The position numbers and the translations under genes are program-made. A DNA stretch of 64,000 nt from an uncultured Candidatus Saccharibacteria bacterium. Its GTDB lineage: Bacteria > Patescibacteriota > Minisyncoccia > Phycocordibacterales > UBA918. Positions 38,831-47,610 of the stretch are shown here, one piece after another (positions within the stretch are counted from its first letter, which is position 1; every line of letters starts with the position of its first letter). The DNA lies in contig CAYGKO010000001.1 of assembly GCA_964350735.1 (NCBI GenBank), positions 18,134-82,133 on the forward strand. The letters run 5' to 3'. Under the pieces are notes generated by a model that saw nothing but the letters and a program-made list of their open reading frames with translations, made no database searches and had not been told where the DNA came from.

Positions 38831-39910
38831 TTAATTTGGATCTAAATATCTCTTGAATTCTGTTAAATTTACACTTACAGATTGTTCACTACGATTAACA
38901 ACTAGTTCCCCGTCACTTGTTACATGTGCGTCAAAACCTTCAATATAATCAATTGGACTCGTAAGAGTCGTAGTATCATTTTGATCCCAATTAGAGTCCT
39001 GCAGAGCCGCATACGATCCTAACTGAAACAAAAATGAACGCATCGTCTCCTCATGAGTAAAATCAAGCTCGATATATTTTGCGCCTTCCTCTACTTCTGT
39101 TCCAGCACTTTCTAGGTGAGATACAAAACGCTGCGCTAACTCTCGACCATTTGAACAGTGTGCTTCTTCTAAAGCGGTTATAAAGGGTTCTGGTAACGTG
39201 TCAGTAACAAAAGCATGCCAAAACTCAGCAGTCTTGCCTCCATATTGCTCTTTTACTAATCCTTCAAATGTATCAAGGGCAGCTAGTCGTCGCTCTAATT
39301 CAGCTGGGATAGTATCTGGATCTAACTCAGCAAAGTCCGCATCAAGAGACTCACCATAATCACCCAAAAACGGTCGCTTAGCGCGATTGTATGGCAATAC
39401 TTGATTTTCACGTGGACCACCAGTAGTGTCTCTCAGGCGTTCACTCTCTAATTCAGCTTTTTGTGGCGCCTGCTCTTTCACCACTAAACCAGATTGATAC
39501 GCGAGTGCTTTTTCAAAAATTGCCCCGGTAATTGAAGTTCGTGCCACTGCCCGCATATTCTTTTTTTTCTTCTCACCTTCAGTGGGTGCTGGCGTATTAA
39601 CTTCAGATCTTGAGATGATGGCTGTTGGACTTTCTCCAATCACAATCATCTGATCTGTTTCACCAAAAAGAGCGGCAGCCCCTTTGGCCCAAGCAATTGC
39701 ATCATGTTTTGCTTGTCTAACCCCTTCTTCTGTCAAACTACCTGGGACCCCATTTTTGGTGTTAGGCTTATGCCATTCTGCATGACGACGAAATGAAAAA
39801 GTTTGCACTGAGGTGTTCTGCCAACGTTCTGGATCAAGAAACAATTCTGACTCAATTTGTTGTTCAACACCATGTTTCATGCCTGTTGCTTCATTAAATC
39901 TTTCGCTCAT
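38831..39910 (-). CDS. Hypothetical protein (possible degenerate histidine-phosphatase-like N-terminus)
   Basis: 359 aa. FRRHAEW...LTEEGVRQA loosely resembles the RHG..LT..G..QA signature, but Gly is replaced by Ala. Rest is acidic with no motif. Confidence 0.3.
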   Translation of the reverse strand: MSERFNEATGMKHGVEQQIESELFLDPERWQNTSVQTFSFRRHAEWHKPNTKNGVPGSLTEEGVRQAKHDAIAWAKGAAALFGETDQMIVIGESPTAIISRSEVNTPAPTEGEKKKKNMRAVARTSITGAIFEKALAYQSGLVVKEQAPQKAELESERLRDTTGGPRENQVLPYNRAKRPFLGDYGESLDADFAELDPDTIPAELERRLAALDTFEGLVKEQYGGKTAEFWHAFVTDTLPEPFITALEEAHCSNGRELAQRFVSHLESAGTEVEEGAKYIELDFTHEETMRSFLFQLGSYAALQDSNWDQNDTTTLTSPIDYIEGFDAHVTSDGELVVNRSEQSVSVNLTEFKRYLDPN

Positions 39911-39919
39911 ATCAAATAA

Positions 39920-41938
39920 TTATAGCTTTCTAATAACACCTGTGTTGGCATTAACTTCAATCTTATCCCCCGTTTTAATTTTACTCGTTGCTCCTTCTAC
40001 TCCAACCACGCACGGGATCTGTAACTCTCGAGCAACAATGGCCGCATGGGATAACATACCTCCTTGGTTTGTTATTATAGCAGCAGCTTTTCCACACGCA
40101 GCTATAATTTCAGGCACAGTTGAATCAACCACCAATACTTCACCTGCCCGTATCTCTTGCACAAGTTGACTCATTTCTTCAAAATTTGAGGCAGATACGT
40201 GAGCCACTCGTGCAATAGCTTGTACAACCCCCGGGAAGGCTGTTAGCCCAACCAAATCATCAGTGTCAGACTCATAGATGATATGCTCAACTTTTTCACC
40301 AGCGTGTTCGTGCAAGAGAACAAGTTCATCAAAATACATAACATAGCCTTTCCGTCGCTCGGCCAGTAACTCAGGGGTGATTCGTTGCGTAGGATTGTCA
40401 AATAGGTTGACTACCTCAGGCATTTTATACCACTGTAAATCCGACAGAGGAATAGAAAATATTTCTGATACCCACTGCAATAACTGCTTCATTAAGGCAT
40501 CATCTGTGTATCCAATCTGGTTGACCATTTTTCTCCCCCCTAATTTAAACTTTTCAAAATCACGAATAAAGTTTAGGTCCTCAGCTTTAGCTTCGTAAAT
40601 ACCATCAGTATAGAAAAATTCAGTAAAGCGGTATTGGGCCGATAATTCATCGACGGCATCCAAGTACGGCAACAGATTCGCTTTTGTGCACTCCATTTTT
40701 AAAGTCTGAAACGTATCCTGAACACTCTCATAAGACTGAAAAACATCTGATTTTAATTGCTGGTATGCAACTGCATCTAGATAGATTGATTTAGCTTTAG
40801 TTTTAGTTGCTTCTAATGCCCCTTTTAATATATAGCTTTTAAAAACACCGTTACTGTACGTCACCAACCCACCCAAGTCAGCAATATGAAACAGAAATCC
40901 GAAGGCAAAAAAATAACTAGTGGCGTCATCTATCTGAGTAAACTTTTGATACTCATCAAGATTAATGGCCCGTATCTCAGTTTGCGAATGCTTAATAGTT
41001 TGATTAAAAGTTGTAATTGGACGACTCTGTGTAACATATAAAATATCGTCAGCAAATACCCACTCAACATCACATGGCTCGTTAGTACTTACTTCGATTG
41101 ATCGCATCACTTTCGCAACTTCGCTAATTTCCATATCTGTTAAAACTCTTGATGTGGCTTCTTGATCTGACAAATCTCTCCACTCATTCCCGGTATCAGT
41201 TGAAAACAATCCTTTGGTTTTTGTGGCTATTTTTTCATCAATAATACTATTCGCGCCTTTCGCTACAACATAATTATCTGGTGTAATAACACCTGACACT
41301 ATTGCCTCGCCTAAACCGAAAGCTGCTTCAATGACCATTTCATCATAATTATTATTAACTGGATTTATAGAAAATCCTACACCCGATTTTTCACCTAAGA
41401 TCATCACTTGAACAACAACCGCCATTTTTAGAGACGTATTTAAAATATCATGCTGTGAACGATACATGAGCGCTTCAGCTGAGTACAGCGAGGACCAACA
41501 TTTTTTAACAGCTTCTAACAGATCATCTGACTGCACGTTCATATAACTTGAAAATTGCCCAGCCCAAGCAGCAGAACTACTATCCTCAACCGTAGCTGAA
41601 GATCGAACTGCAACAGCCACACTTCCTAGTGAATTATATGAATCAAAAATTTCTGTAATCAATTGTTTAGGAATAGCGCACCCTTGTATTACTTTCTGGA
41701 TATAGACCGCCTCTGCTCGTATTTGTTCAATCTGTGAGGGACTAGTAATTGAAAGAATGTGGTTAATTTCATTCTGAATATCCCTCGTAACCAACTCAAA
41801 TGCGTCTGTTTCTATTACAAAACCAGGTGGTACATTCACCCCCAAAGAAATAAGTTTTCCAAGCGAGTGGGCTTTTCCTCCGATTTCATTAATATCAGCA
41901 TTAGCTAATTCTGCGAGAGATCGCATATACATAGACAT
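39920..41938 (-). CDS. PEP-utilising-enzyme family kinase, rifampin-phosphotransferase-like architecture (ATP-grasp N-domain, unknown middle domain, swivel phospho-His domain)
   Basis: N-terminal PPDK_N/ATP-grasp (GGKAHSLGKL...GFVI). C-terminal mobile domain ITNQGGMLSHAAIVARELQIPCVVGV with the catalytic His. No C-terminal PEP/pyruvate TIM barrel. Confidence 0.6.
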   Translation of the reverse strand: MSMYMRSLAELANADINEIGGKAHSLGKLISLGVNVPPGFVIETDAFELVTRDIQNEINHILSITSPSQIEQIRAEAVYIQKVIQGCAIPKQLITEIFDSYNSLGSVAVAVRSSATVEDSSSAAWAGQFSSYMNVQSDDLLEAVKKCWSSLYSAEALMYRSQHDILNTSLKMAVVVQVMILGEKSGVGFSINPVNNNYDEMVIEAAFGLGEAIVSGVITPDNYVVAKGANSIIDEKIATKTKGLFSTDTGNEWRDLSDQEATSRVLTDMEISEVAKVMRSIEVSTNEPCDVEWVFADDILYVTQSRPITTFNQTIKHSQTEIRAINLDEYQKFTQIDDATSYFFAFGFLFHIADLGGLVTYSNGVFKSYILKGALEATKTKAKSIYLDAVAYQQLKSDVFQSYESVQDTFQTLKMECTKANLLPYLDAVDELSAQYRFTEFFYTDGIYEAKAEDLNFIRDFEKFKLGGRKMVNQIGYTDDALMKQLLQWVSEIFSIPLSDLQWYKMPEVVNLFDNPTQRITPELLAERRKGYVMYFDELVLLHEHAGEKVEHIIYESDTDDLVGLTAFPGVVQAIARVAHVSASNFEEMSQLVQEIRAGEVLVVDSTVPEIIAACGKAAAIITNQGGMLSHAAIVARELQIPCVVGVEGATSKIKTGDKIEVNANTGVIRKL

Positions 41939-41954
41939 TACTCATCATCATACC

Positions 41955-41985
41955 AAAAAGCCGAACACTATGTGCTCGGCTTTTG
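41955..41985 (-). terminator. Intrinsic terminator-like hairpin about 20 nt upstream of the kinase start codon
   Basis: aaaaagccgaacactatgtgctcggctttt. On the minus strand the stem is followed by UUUUUGG. Confidence 0.5.
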
Positions 41986-41989
41986 ATTT

Positions 41990-42233
41990 TACTTTGTATT
42001 CTTGCAAAAATGTAGAAATTGAATGAGTCACCAACTAAAACTGACAGAATCAGATGAAATACAAGGAGCCTAAAGAAAAATGACCCGAGTGGGGCAGGTG
42101 CCCAGCGAGGATCATTTTTGTTGTAGCGACGCAGTAGTGCGCTGATTCTGTCAGTTTTAAACTTTTTTGGTCTAGCGATTTGCCCAAGGACAACCCAAAT
42201 CGGGACATAAAAGGTTTATAGTCGCTACGCTCG
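41990..42233 (-). promoter_or_regulatory. Structured leader between nusG and the kinase operon, containing an 18-bp perfect inverted repeat (42036-42053 / 42142-42159)
   Basis: Arms taaaactgacagaatcag / ctgattctgtcagtttta enclose about 88 nt with internal gggca/tgccc and aaaaatga/gatcattttt pairings. A 57-codon uORF is also present. Confidence 0.3.
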
Positions 42234-42779
42234 TTAAACCTTTTTAACTTGGAGGAAGTCGAGTTCTACCGGAGTTTCGCGGCCGAACATTGAAACGAGT
42301 ACTTTCACCTTCCCTCGTTCCTCATCAATCTCTCCTACCTTCCCTTCTAGTTCCTTGAATGGGCCATCATTGATGATGATCATGTCATCAATCGAGAGGT
42401 CTACTTGGTGCTTCGGAGTATCTGCTTCCATTCGGCCCATTAGCGCCTTGTACTCTTCTTCAGAGAGCGGTACTGGCTGTGTTCCACTACCAACGAATCC
42501 GGTTACTCGGGGGGTGTTTCGTACGACGTACCATGATTCGTCATCTACGATCATCTCTACCAAGACGTACCCTGGATATACTCGCTCTTCTTCAGTGACA
42601 CGCTTACCACCTTTCACTCGAATCTTTTTTTCCGTTGGGACCACTACATCAAAAATCTTATCGTTCATGTTGAGCGAATCCATTCGTTGCTTGAGGTTAC
42701 GGGCGACAGCGTTTTCATACCCAGAGTAGGTATGAATCGCGTACCAGTTTCGTTCACCAGTGCTGTGTTGCTTAGCCAT
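42234..42779 (-). CDS. nusG: Transcription termination/antitermination factor NusG
   Basis: N-terminal WYAIHTYSGYEN (NGN domain) and C-terminal KOW. 181 aa. Confidence 0.9.
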   Translation of the reverse strand: MAKQHSTGERNWYAIHTYSGYENAVARNLKQRMDSLNMNDKIFDVVVPTEKKIRVKGGKRVTEEERVYPGYVLVEMIVDDESWYVVRNTPRVTGFVGSGTQPVPLSEEEYKALMGRMEADTPKHQVDLSIDDMIIINDGPFKELEGKVGEIDEERGKVKVLVSMFGRETPVELDFLQVKKV

Positions 42780-42784
42780 ATAAA

Positions 42785-42964
42785 TTAAATAACGCTGTTA
42801 AGAACCTGAGTAAAGACGTAGTCAAACGCTCCTACAAACAAGGCTACGAAGATAGAGACACCAATAACTAACGCACTATAAATGATAGTTTGCGTCTGAG
42901 TTGGCCAAGATACGTGCTTCATTTCAGCTACGGTATCTTTGAAATATTTGCTAATTCGATTCAT
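42785..42964 (-). CDS. secE: Preprotein translocase subunit SecE
   Basis: 59 aa from MNRISKYFKD with a single C-terminal TM. Conserved position upstream of nusG. Confidence 0.7.
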   Translation of the reverse strand: MNRISKYFKDTVAEMKHVSWPTQTQTIIYSALVIGVSIFVALFVGAFDYVFTQVLNSVI

Positions 42965-43094
42965 GATGTGTGAAAAATAATGTGGTTCTAAAAAACCCCT
43001 CGCGGGGTGAATTAGATATATAATACGCTTTGTTTGAGAAAAGTAAAGAGCGACCAATTTACGGTCGCTCTTTACTTTTTCTACACGCTTTCGA

Positions 43095-43865
43095 TTACTT
43101 TACCTCGTAAGTAATATTCACCACTCGGCGAATCATGTTTTCACCGGTTGGTAGCTCGGGAGAAAATTTTGCTTCATCCATTGCCATTTCGAGGTTCATG
43201 GTTCGACTTTCCGCAAAGTACATCTCGCCTCCAAAACCACCATTCTCCTCATAGAAGCCCGCAATCTTCACCAACTTCACATCGAGATCTTTAGCCAATA
43301 GCTTAGCTTTTGTTTTAGCGTCAGCGATCGCTTTTGCCCGTGCTTCAGCCTCCAACGTTGATTCGTCATCGATAGTGAACTGTAAGCTACTGATATTAGT
43401 AGCGCCGCGCTCTCCAACACCTGAGATCAGGTCTCCCGCAGCATCAAGATCGCGTACCTTTACGGTGACGCTCTGATTTACTTCATAGCCATCAATCACT
43501 CGCTCCCCCGGTGGACAAAAACTGCCTGAAACACACACCCGCTCTTCATACCGATACTTCGGGTTAAGGTTGTAGTTCTGGGTTTTAACATCTTTCTCCT
43601 CCACTCCTTCGGAGTCTAGAAACGCTAAGATAGCATTAGTGTCTTCAGCTGAAGCTTCTTGGGCTGCTGCCGCGTCTACACCTTCAGCGCGCACTGAGAA
43701 TGAGAACGTGCCGATGTCAGGCTTAGCCAACACCTCTCCCTCGCCTTGAACCGAGATAGTCGTCGGACCATACTGCCCCTGACCAACAAGATCCCAGGTG
43801 GCCTGAGCATATGCAGCCAAAGCCAATACTGCCATTACTAGCACTGCTGCAGCCAGCCAACGCAT
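43095..43865 (-). CDS. SIMPL-domain (DUF541/BP26-like) exported protein
   Basis: Signal/TM helix then ISVQGEGEV...KPD...F...V and the downstream QNY..NP.Y pattern typical of SIMPL. Confidence 0.55.
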   Translation of the reverse strand: MRWLAAAVLVMAVLALAAYAQATWDLVGQGQYGPTTISVQGEGEVLAKPDIGTFSFSVRAEGVDAAAAQEASAEDTNAILAFLDSEGVEEKDVKTQNYNLNPKYRYEERVCVSGSFCPPGERVIDGYEVNQSVTVKVRDLDAAGDLISGVGERGATNISSLQFTIDDESTLEAEARAKAIADAKTKAKLLAKDLDVKLVKIAGFYEENGGFGGEMYFAESRTMNLEMAMDEAKFSPELPTGENMIRRVVNITYEVK

Positions 43866-43939
43866 GTACCCGTAACTAAAAAGTGATTGTGATTCCATAT
43901 AAAGAAATTTAGAAATAATACTAAGTATATACCTCCCTA

Positions 43940-44890
43940 CTACTGCAGTCGACTGATCAGCTCCTGCAATGCAGTTATCAGTTGCAGACGCATCTTGGCT
44001 CCTGTACTCAGACCACAAATAGCCCCAAATGCTTCTAAGTCAGCTGCTGTTGGTGCATAACCTGACTGCGCACCCAGTAAGAAGTGCATTGTCGCTGACT
44101 CACTCTCGACGTGATCGATCGACAACGCATGACCGAGTTCGTGCACCAGAACTAAACGCAACTCTTCAGCATCTTTGAACGTATAAATATTAATCGCATC
44201 ACCGACATAATCACCCTGAGTAAATTCTCGACCTGAACCGAAGGTGTCATTAAAGGTTTCTACTCCTCGGTTGTAGGTTTCAATCAACTGATTCCCTTGA
44301 TTGCCCATAGCATTTATTTCTGCCACCTGGTCATTAAGTGATTCAATCTGACTATTCAACGCTCGTTGCTTGCGGTCGAGCGTACTCTTTTCTGCTTCAA
44401 GCTCATCAAACACTTCGGGTGGCGCTCCCCCCTCTTCGTTATATGAAGCCACCGTCGCATTGTACTGGCTCAGCTCTTTTTCATATGACGCTACATCTGT
44501 CTCGTAGGCAGCGACCGCAGCTTCGTACGCCGCTACTAAGCGATTGTATTTTTCTTGCACCGTTTCACTTAGCTCTTCGGCATTATCGAGTCGATCTAAA
44601 AACGCCCCTTCTGCATCAATAAATATCTGACGTTCGTCAAAAATAAAGTTAATAGAGAAATCAGCTGTCTCGCTATAGGTAAAAAGATTTCGCTCAGTCG
44701 CATCTTCCCACGCTGCTTCAGCGTCAGTGATCGCCAAGCGCGCTTCGTCAAAAGAAAGATCAAACCGATCATCTAAAACCCCGATCCGATACTCGAGCGG
44801 GATCGCACAAATTGCACTGGCACTTTGATAAAAGTATCCACCAGCAAACAGGATAGTAACTATGAGCGTGACGATGTAGATTGATCGCAT
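43940..44890 (-). CDS. Membrane-anchored zinc metalloprotease (metzincin/matrixin-like)
   Basis: HELGHALSIDH matches HExxHxxGxxH. N-terminal TM and a central coiled coil. Confidence 0.55.
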   Translation of the reverse strand: MRSIYIVTLIVTILFAGGYFYQSASAICAIPLEYRIGVLDDRFDLSFDEARLAITDAEAAWEDATERNLFTYSETADFSINFIFDERQIFIDAEGAFLDRLDNAEELSETVQEKYNRLVAAYEAAVAAYETDVASYEKELSQYNATVASYNEEGGAPPEVFDELEAEKSTLDRKQRALNSQIESLNDQVAEINAMGNQGNQLIETYNRGVETFNDTFGSGREFTQGDYVGDAINIYTFKDAEELRLVLVHELGHALSIDHVESESATMHFLLGAQSGYAPTAADLEAFGAICGLSTGAKMRLQLITALQELISRLQ

Positions 44891-45001
44891 AGAGATATGA
44901 TAGCAAATACTTTCTAATATCAGAATTGCATACTTTCCTTGACTACTCATGTGTGTGTAGTATGGTTTTATCAAATTTCAACCAGGTCAAGGAGGACCAT
45001 C

Positions 45002-45616
45002 ATGGAACGTACTTTGAAAGAAACGATCGAAATCGCGATCGCTGTTCATGTAGATTCGCTCTCACGAGCAGCAGCAATCTGCGCGGTGGTCGACAAAAAA
45101 GACGACTACGATGAAGTGATTCGCCTACTGTTTGAGGATTTTTCTGATCCTACACCACCTAGGGCAACCTTCTCACCGCTCAAGCTGTTCGAGCGCCTCA
45201 TACCTGAACTCACCCTCGACCAGATCATGGTGATGGTGGGCTACGACATCAGCGTGCCAAAAACTGAAGACGGGGCTCAACTCGATGGAATTTTTGACCT
45301 CATCGAACATTGGACGATTGAGCACCTAGATGTAATGACTCGCGCTGAGCGTCAGTTATTCTTCGAACAGATCATGACCGCTCATTACAATAAAAGAACT
45401 CTTAGACAAGGGGTTCACTGTATGATCGATCTTCTGGCACCAACCAAATTCTCTACACATCCACTTTGGGGATTAATAAAATTAGCTGAAGATGCAGCCC
45501 GTCAAAATGACGGGAGTCCAGGCTACGAAGATGCCTACCAGCATGTCTTCAACGGTATCCGGTCCTTGTTCTACCAACAAGGTATTGCTGCAGAAGATTG
45601 GGAAATGTCAGAATAA
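45002..45616 (+). CDS. Hypothetical protein
   Basis: About 204 aa from MERTLKETI. No recognisable motif. A terminator hairpin with T-run follows at 45642-45685. Confidence 0.35.
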   Translation: MERTLKETIEIAIAVHVDSLSRAAAICAVVDKKDDYDEVIRLLFEDFSDPTPPRATFSPLKLFERLIPELTLDQIMVMVGYDISVPKTEDGAQLDGIFDLIEHWTIEHLDVMTRAERQLFFEQIMTAHYNKRTLRQGVHCMIDLLAPTKFSTHPLWGLIKLAEDAARQNDGSPGYEDAYQHVFNGIRSLFYQQGIAAEDWEMSE

Positions 45617-45698
45617 GCACCAAGACGATCGATGTAACGGGCGCCACCTGGCGCCCGTCCGCCCCTGGCATTAGCCACGGGCTTTTTCTTTATCTCCA

Positions 45699-45791
45699 GA
45701 ACCAACTGGCTGATTGCTCGCGTTCGCGGGGATCAAGCGCTCACAAAACATGACAAACATCCAAGTGTGCGAGCAATCAGCCAGTTGGTTC
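45699..45791. repeat. 22-bp perfect inverted repeat (gaaccaactggctgattgctcg / cgagcaatcagccagttggttc) with 49-nt spacer
   Basis: Read directly from the sequence. Lies between convergent 3' ends. Confidence 0.55.
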
Positions 45792-45801
45792 GGTACTACC
45801 A

Positions 45802-45847
45802 CAGCAGCAAAAAACCTTTCGATATATCGAAAGGTTTTTTGCTGCTG
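45802..45847. terminator. 46-bp perfect palindrome cagcagcaaaaaacctttcgatatatcgaaaggttttttgctgctg (site 3; bidirectional terminator-like)
   Basis: Perfect dyad symmetry with A6/T6 flanks around the stem. Shares aaacctttc/gaaaggttt half-sites with the palindromes at 5906 and 6354. Confidence 0.55.
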
Positions 45848-45858
45848 TGCCTTTGCTA

Positions 45859-47565
45859 TTAGTTCCCTGCTTCGGCATTCTCTTCTGAGCGGGCCAGCTT
45901 CTGTCGCGTGAGCTCTTGGGCGGCATTCATACTGTGCTGGTAGTAGAGTGTTTTTACACCACTCTTCCAGGCCTGTACGTACAGCGCATTGGTTTCCTTT
46001 GGAGTTACACTTGGCGGCACCATGATGTTAAGTGACTGACCTTGGTCGATATGTGGCTGTCGCTCCGCTGCACGGGCAATCACGACTGACTGGTCGACTT
46101 CAGCAAAAGTACGGAAGACGGCTTTTTCATTATCGTCGAGGAAGTCGAGGTGTTGGACTGATCCATCATTGTCCCGAATATCATTCCACACTTCTTTATC
46201 ATTTTTTCCTTTTTCTTCAAGAATCTCTTCGAGGAATGGGTTCTTGATCGTCACCTTTAGCTTCGCTACGTCTTTCACGTAACAGTTGCTCCAGACCGGC
46301 TCAATCCCTTGTGATACTTGTCCAAGGATAAATGCACTAGAAGTAGTTGGCGCAATCGCCATAGTAGTCGTGTGTCGGCGGCCATAGCCTTTAAGGATTT
46401 CGGGCTCACCAAACTCTTTAGCCATTTCAGCAGAAGCGGCGTGTGAACGTTCATGCATCAACTTAAAGACTTCTTCGTTGATCGCCTTCGCTTCATCACT
46501 ACCAAACGAGACACGCTTACTTTGCATCAATGAGTGATACCCAAGGACTCCGAGTCCAAGCGCGCGATTGGCTTTAGCAAAGTTGTATGGTCGTTCCATA
46601 AACTTAAACGCGAGTTGCTTGTCTTGCTCTTCACTATCACGCATCGCTTCTAGCTTATTGATGAAGTCAGTCATCACCGCTTCAAGGAAGTACGTCATGG
46701 TTTCTACCAAGTCACTGTCCTTCCAGTCATCATAGTGCAGCAGGTTGATTGAGGATAGACAACAGACAAACGACCACTCCTTACTGCTCGGCAACATAAT
46801 CTCACTACACACATTACTCGCGTAGATTGGAAGATTGTTGTCTTTATAGACATCGGGTCGCTGATCATTGGCGTTATCAATAAACATGATGTACGGGTAT
46901 CCAATTTCACCACGACGTTGAATAACCTTCGCCCAAATCGCTCGCTTAGCTTCATCACCCGCAATCATCGACTCCATCCATTCGTTGGTTACCGTCACGG
47001 CGTGATTGATCTTTTGGATCGGATTTCCTTCGGTACCAATATCGAGGAATTCTGAAATATCTGGGTGCTCAACTGGCAAGTAGGCTGCGAACACACCGCG
47101 GCGAGTAGCTCCTTGACTCACCACGTCAAGAATCTTCTCAAACAGCTGCATGAAGTGCACCGGACCAGACGAAGTACCGTTTTGGGTAATTGACTCACCC
47201 CGAGCACGCAGATCACCAAAGTAGGCAGAACAGCCGCCTCCATACTTACTCATCATTCCTACTTCTGCTTCAGTATGCAGAATGTTGGCCATATCGTCCG
47301 CCACGTACGAACCAAAACAACTGATCGGCAGTCCCCGCTTCAGCCCGAAGTTTGCCCATACTGGTGTGGCTAGAGAAATCCAGCCCTTACTCATGTAGTC
47401 TTCAAATTTTTCAGCAAACCCGTCTTTACCGAGTGTCTCCTCTGCAAATTCTGCAATGGCACGCACTCGCTCTTCAGTGGTTTGGCCATCCACTAAATAT
47501 CCTCGGGCCATAAAAGCTCGAGTGTTCTCGTTTACCCAATACCATGGTTCGCTTCGATTTGTCAT
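45859..47565 (-). CDS. nrdA: Ribonucleoside-diphosphate reductase alpha subunit, short form without ATP-cone
   Basis: Active-site SNVCSEIMLP (NxCxE) plus C-terminal Tyr/Cys region. At 568 aa it lacks the N-terminal ATP-cone. Confidence 0.85.
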   Translation of the reverse strand: MTNRSEPWYWVNENTRAFMARGYLVDGQTTEERVRAIAEFAEETLGKDGFAEKFEDYMSKGWISLATPVWANFGLKRGLPISCFGSYVADDMANILHTEAEVGMMSKYGGGCSAYFGDLRARGESITQNGTSSGPVHFMQLFEKILDVVSQGATRRGVFAAYLPVEHPDISEFLDIGTEGNPIQKINHAVTVTNEWMESMIAGDEAKRAIWAKVIQRRGEIGYPYIMFIDNANDQRPDVYKDNNLPIYASNVCSEIMLPSSKEWSFVCCLSSINLLHYDDWKDSDLVETMTYFLEAVMTDFINKLEAMRDSEEQDKQLAFKFMERPYNFAKANRALGLGVLGYHSLMQSKRVSFGSDEAKAINEEVFKLMHERSHAASAEMAKEFGEPEILKGYGRRHTTTMAIAPTTSSAFILGQVSQGIEPVWSNCYVKDVAKLKVTIKNPFLEEILEEKGKNDKEVWNDIRDNDGSVQHLDFLDDNEKAVFRTFAEVDQSVVIARAAERQPHIDQGQSLNIMVPPSVTPKETNALYVQAWKSGVKTLYYQHSMNAAQELTRQKLARSEENAEAGN

Positions 47566-47610
47566 ACAGTCAATGTAAGTGAGTAATATATAGCGGTTAT
47601 TGTACCAAGC

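Noticed and set aside
41990-42233. T-box leader upstream of the kinase operon
   Set aside because: The AGGGUGGNACCGCG T-box sequence and specifier-loop architecture are not recognisable. Kept only as a generic attenuator or riboswitch-like leader.
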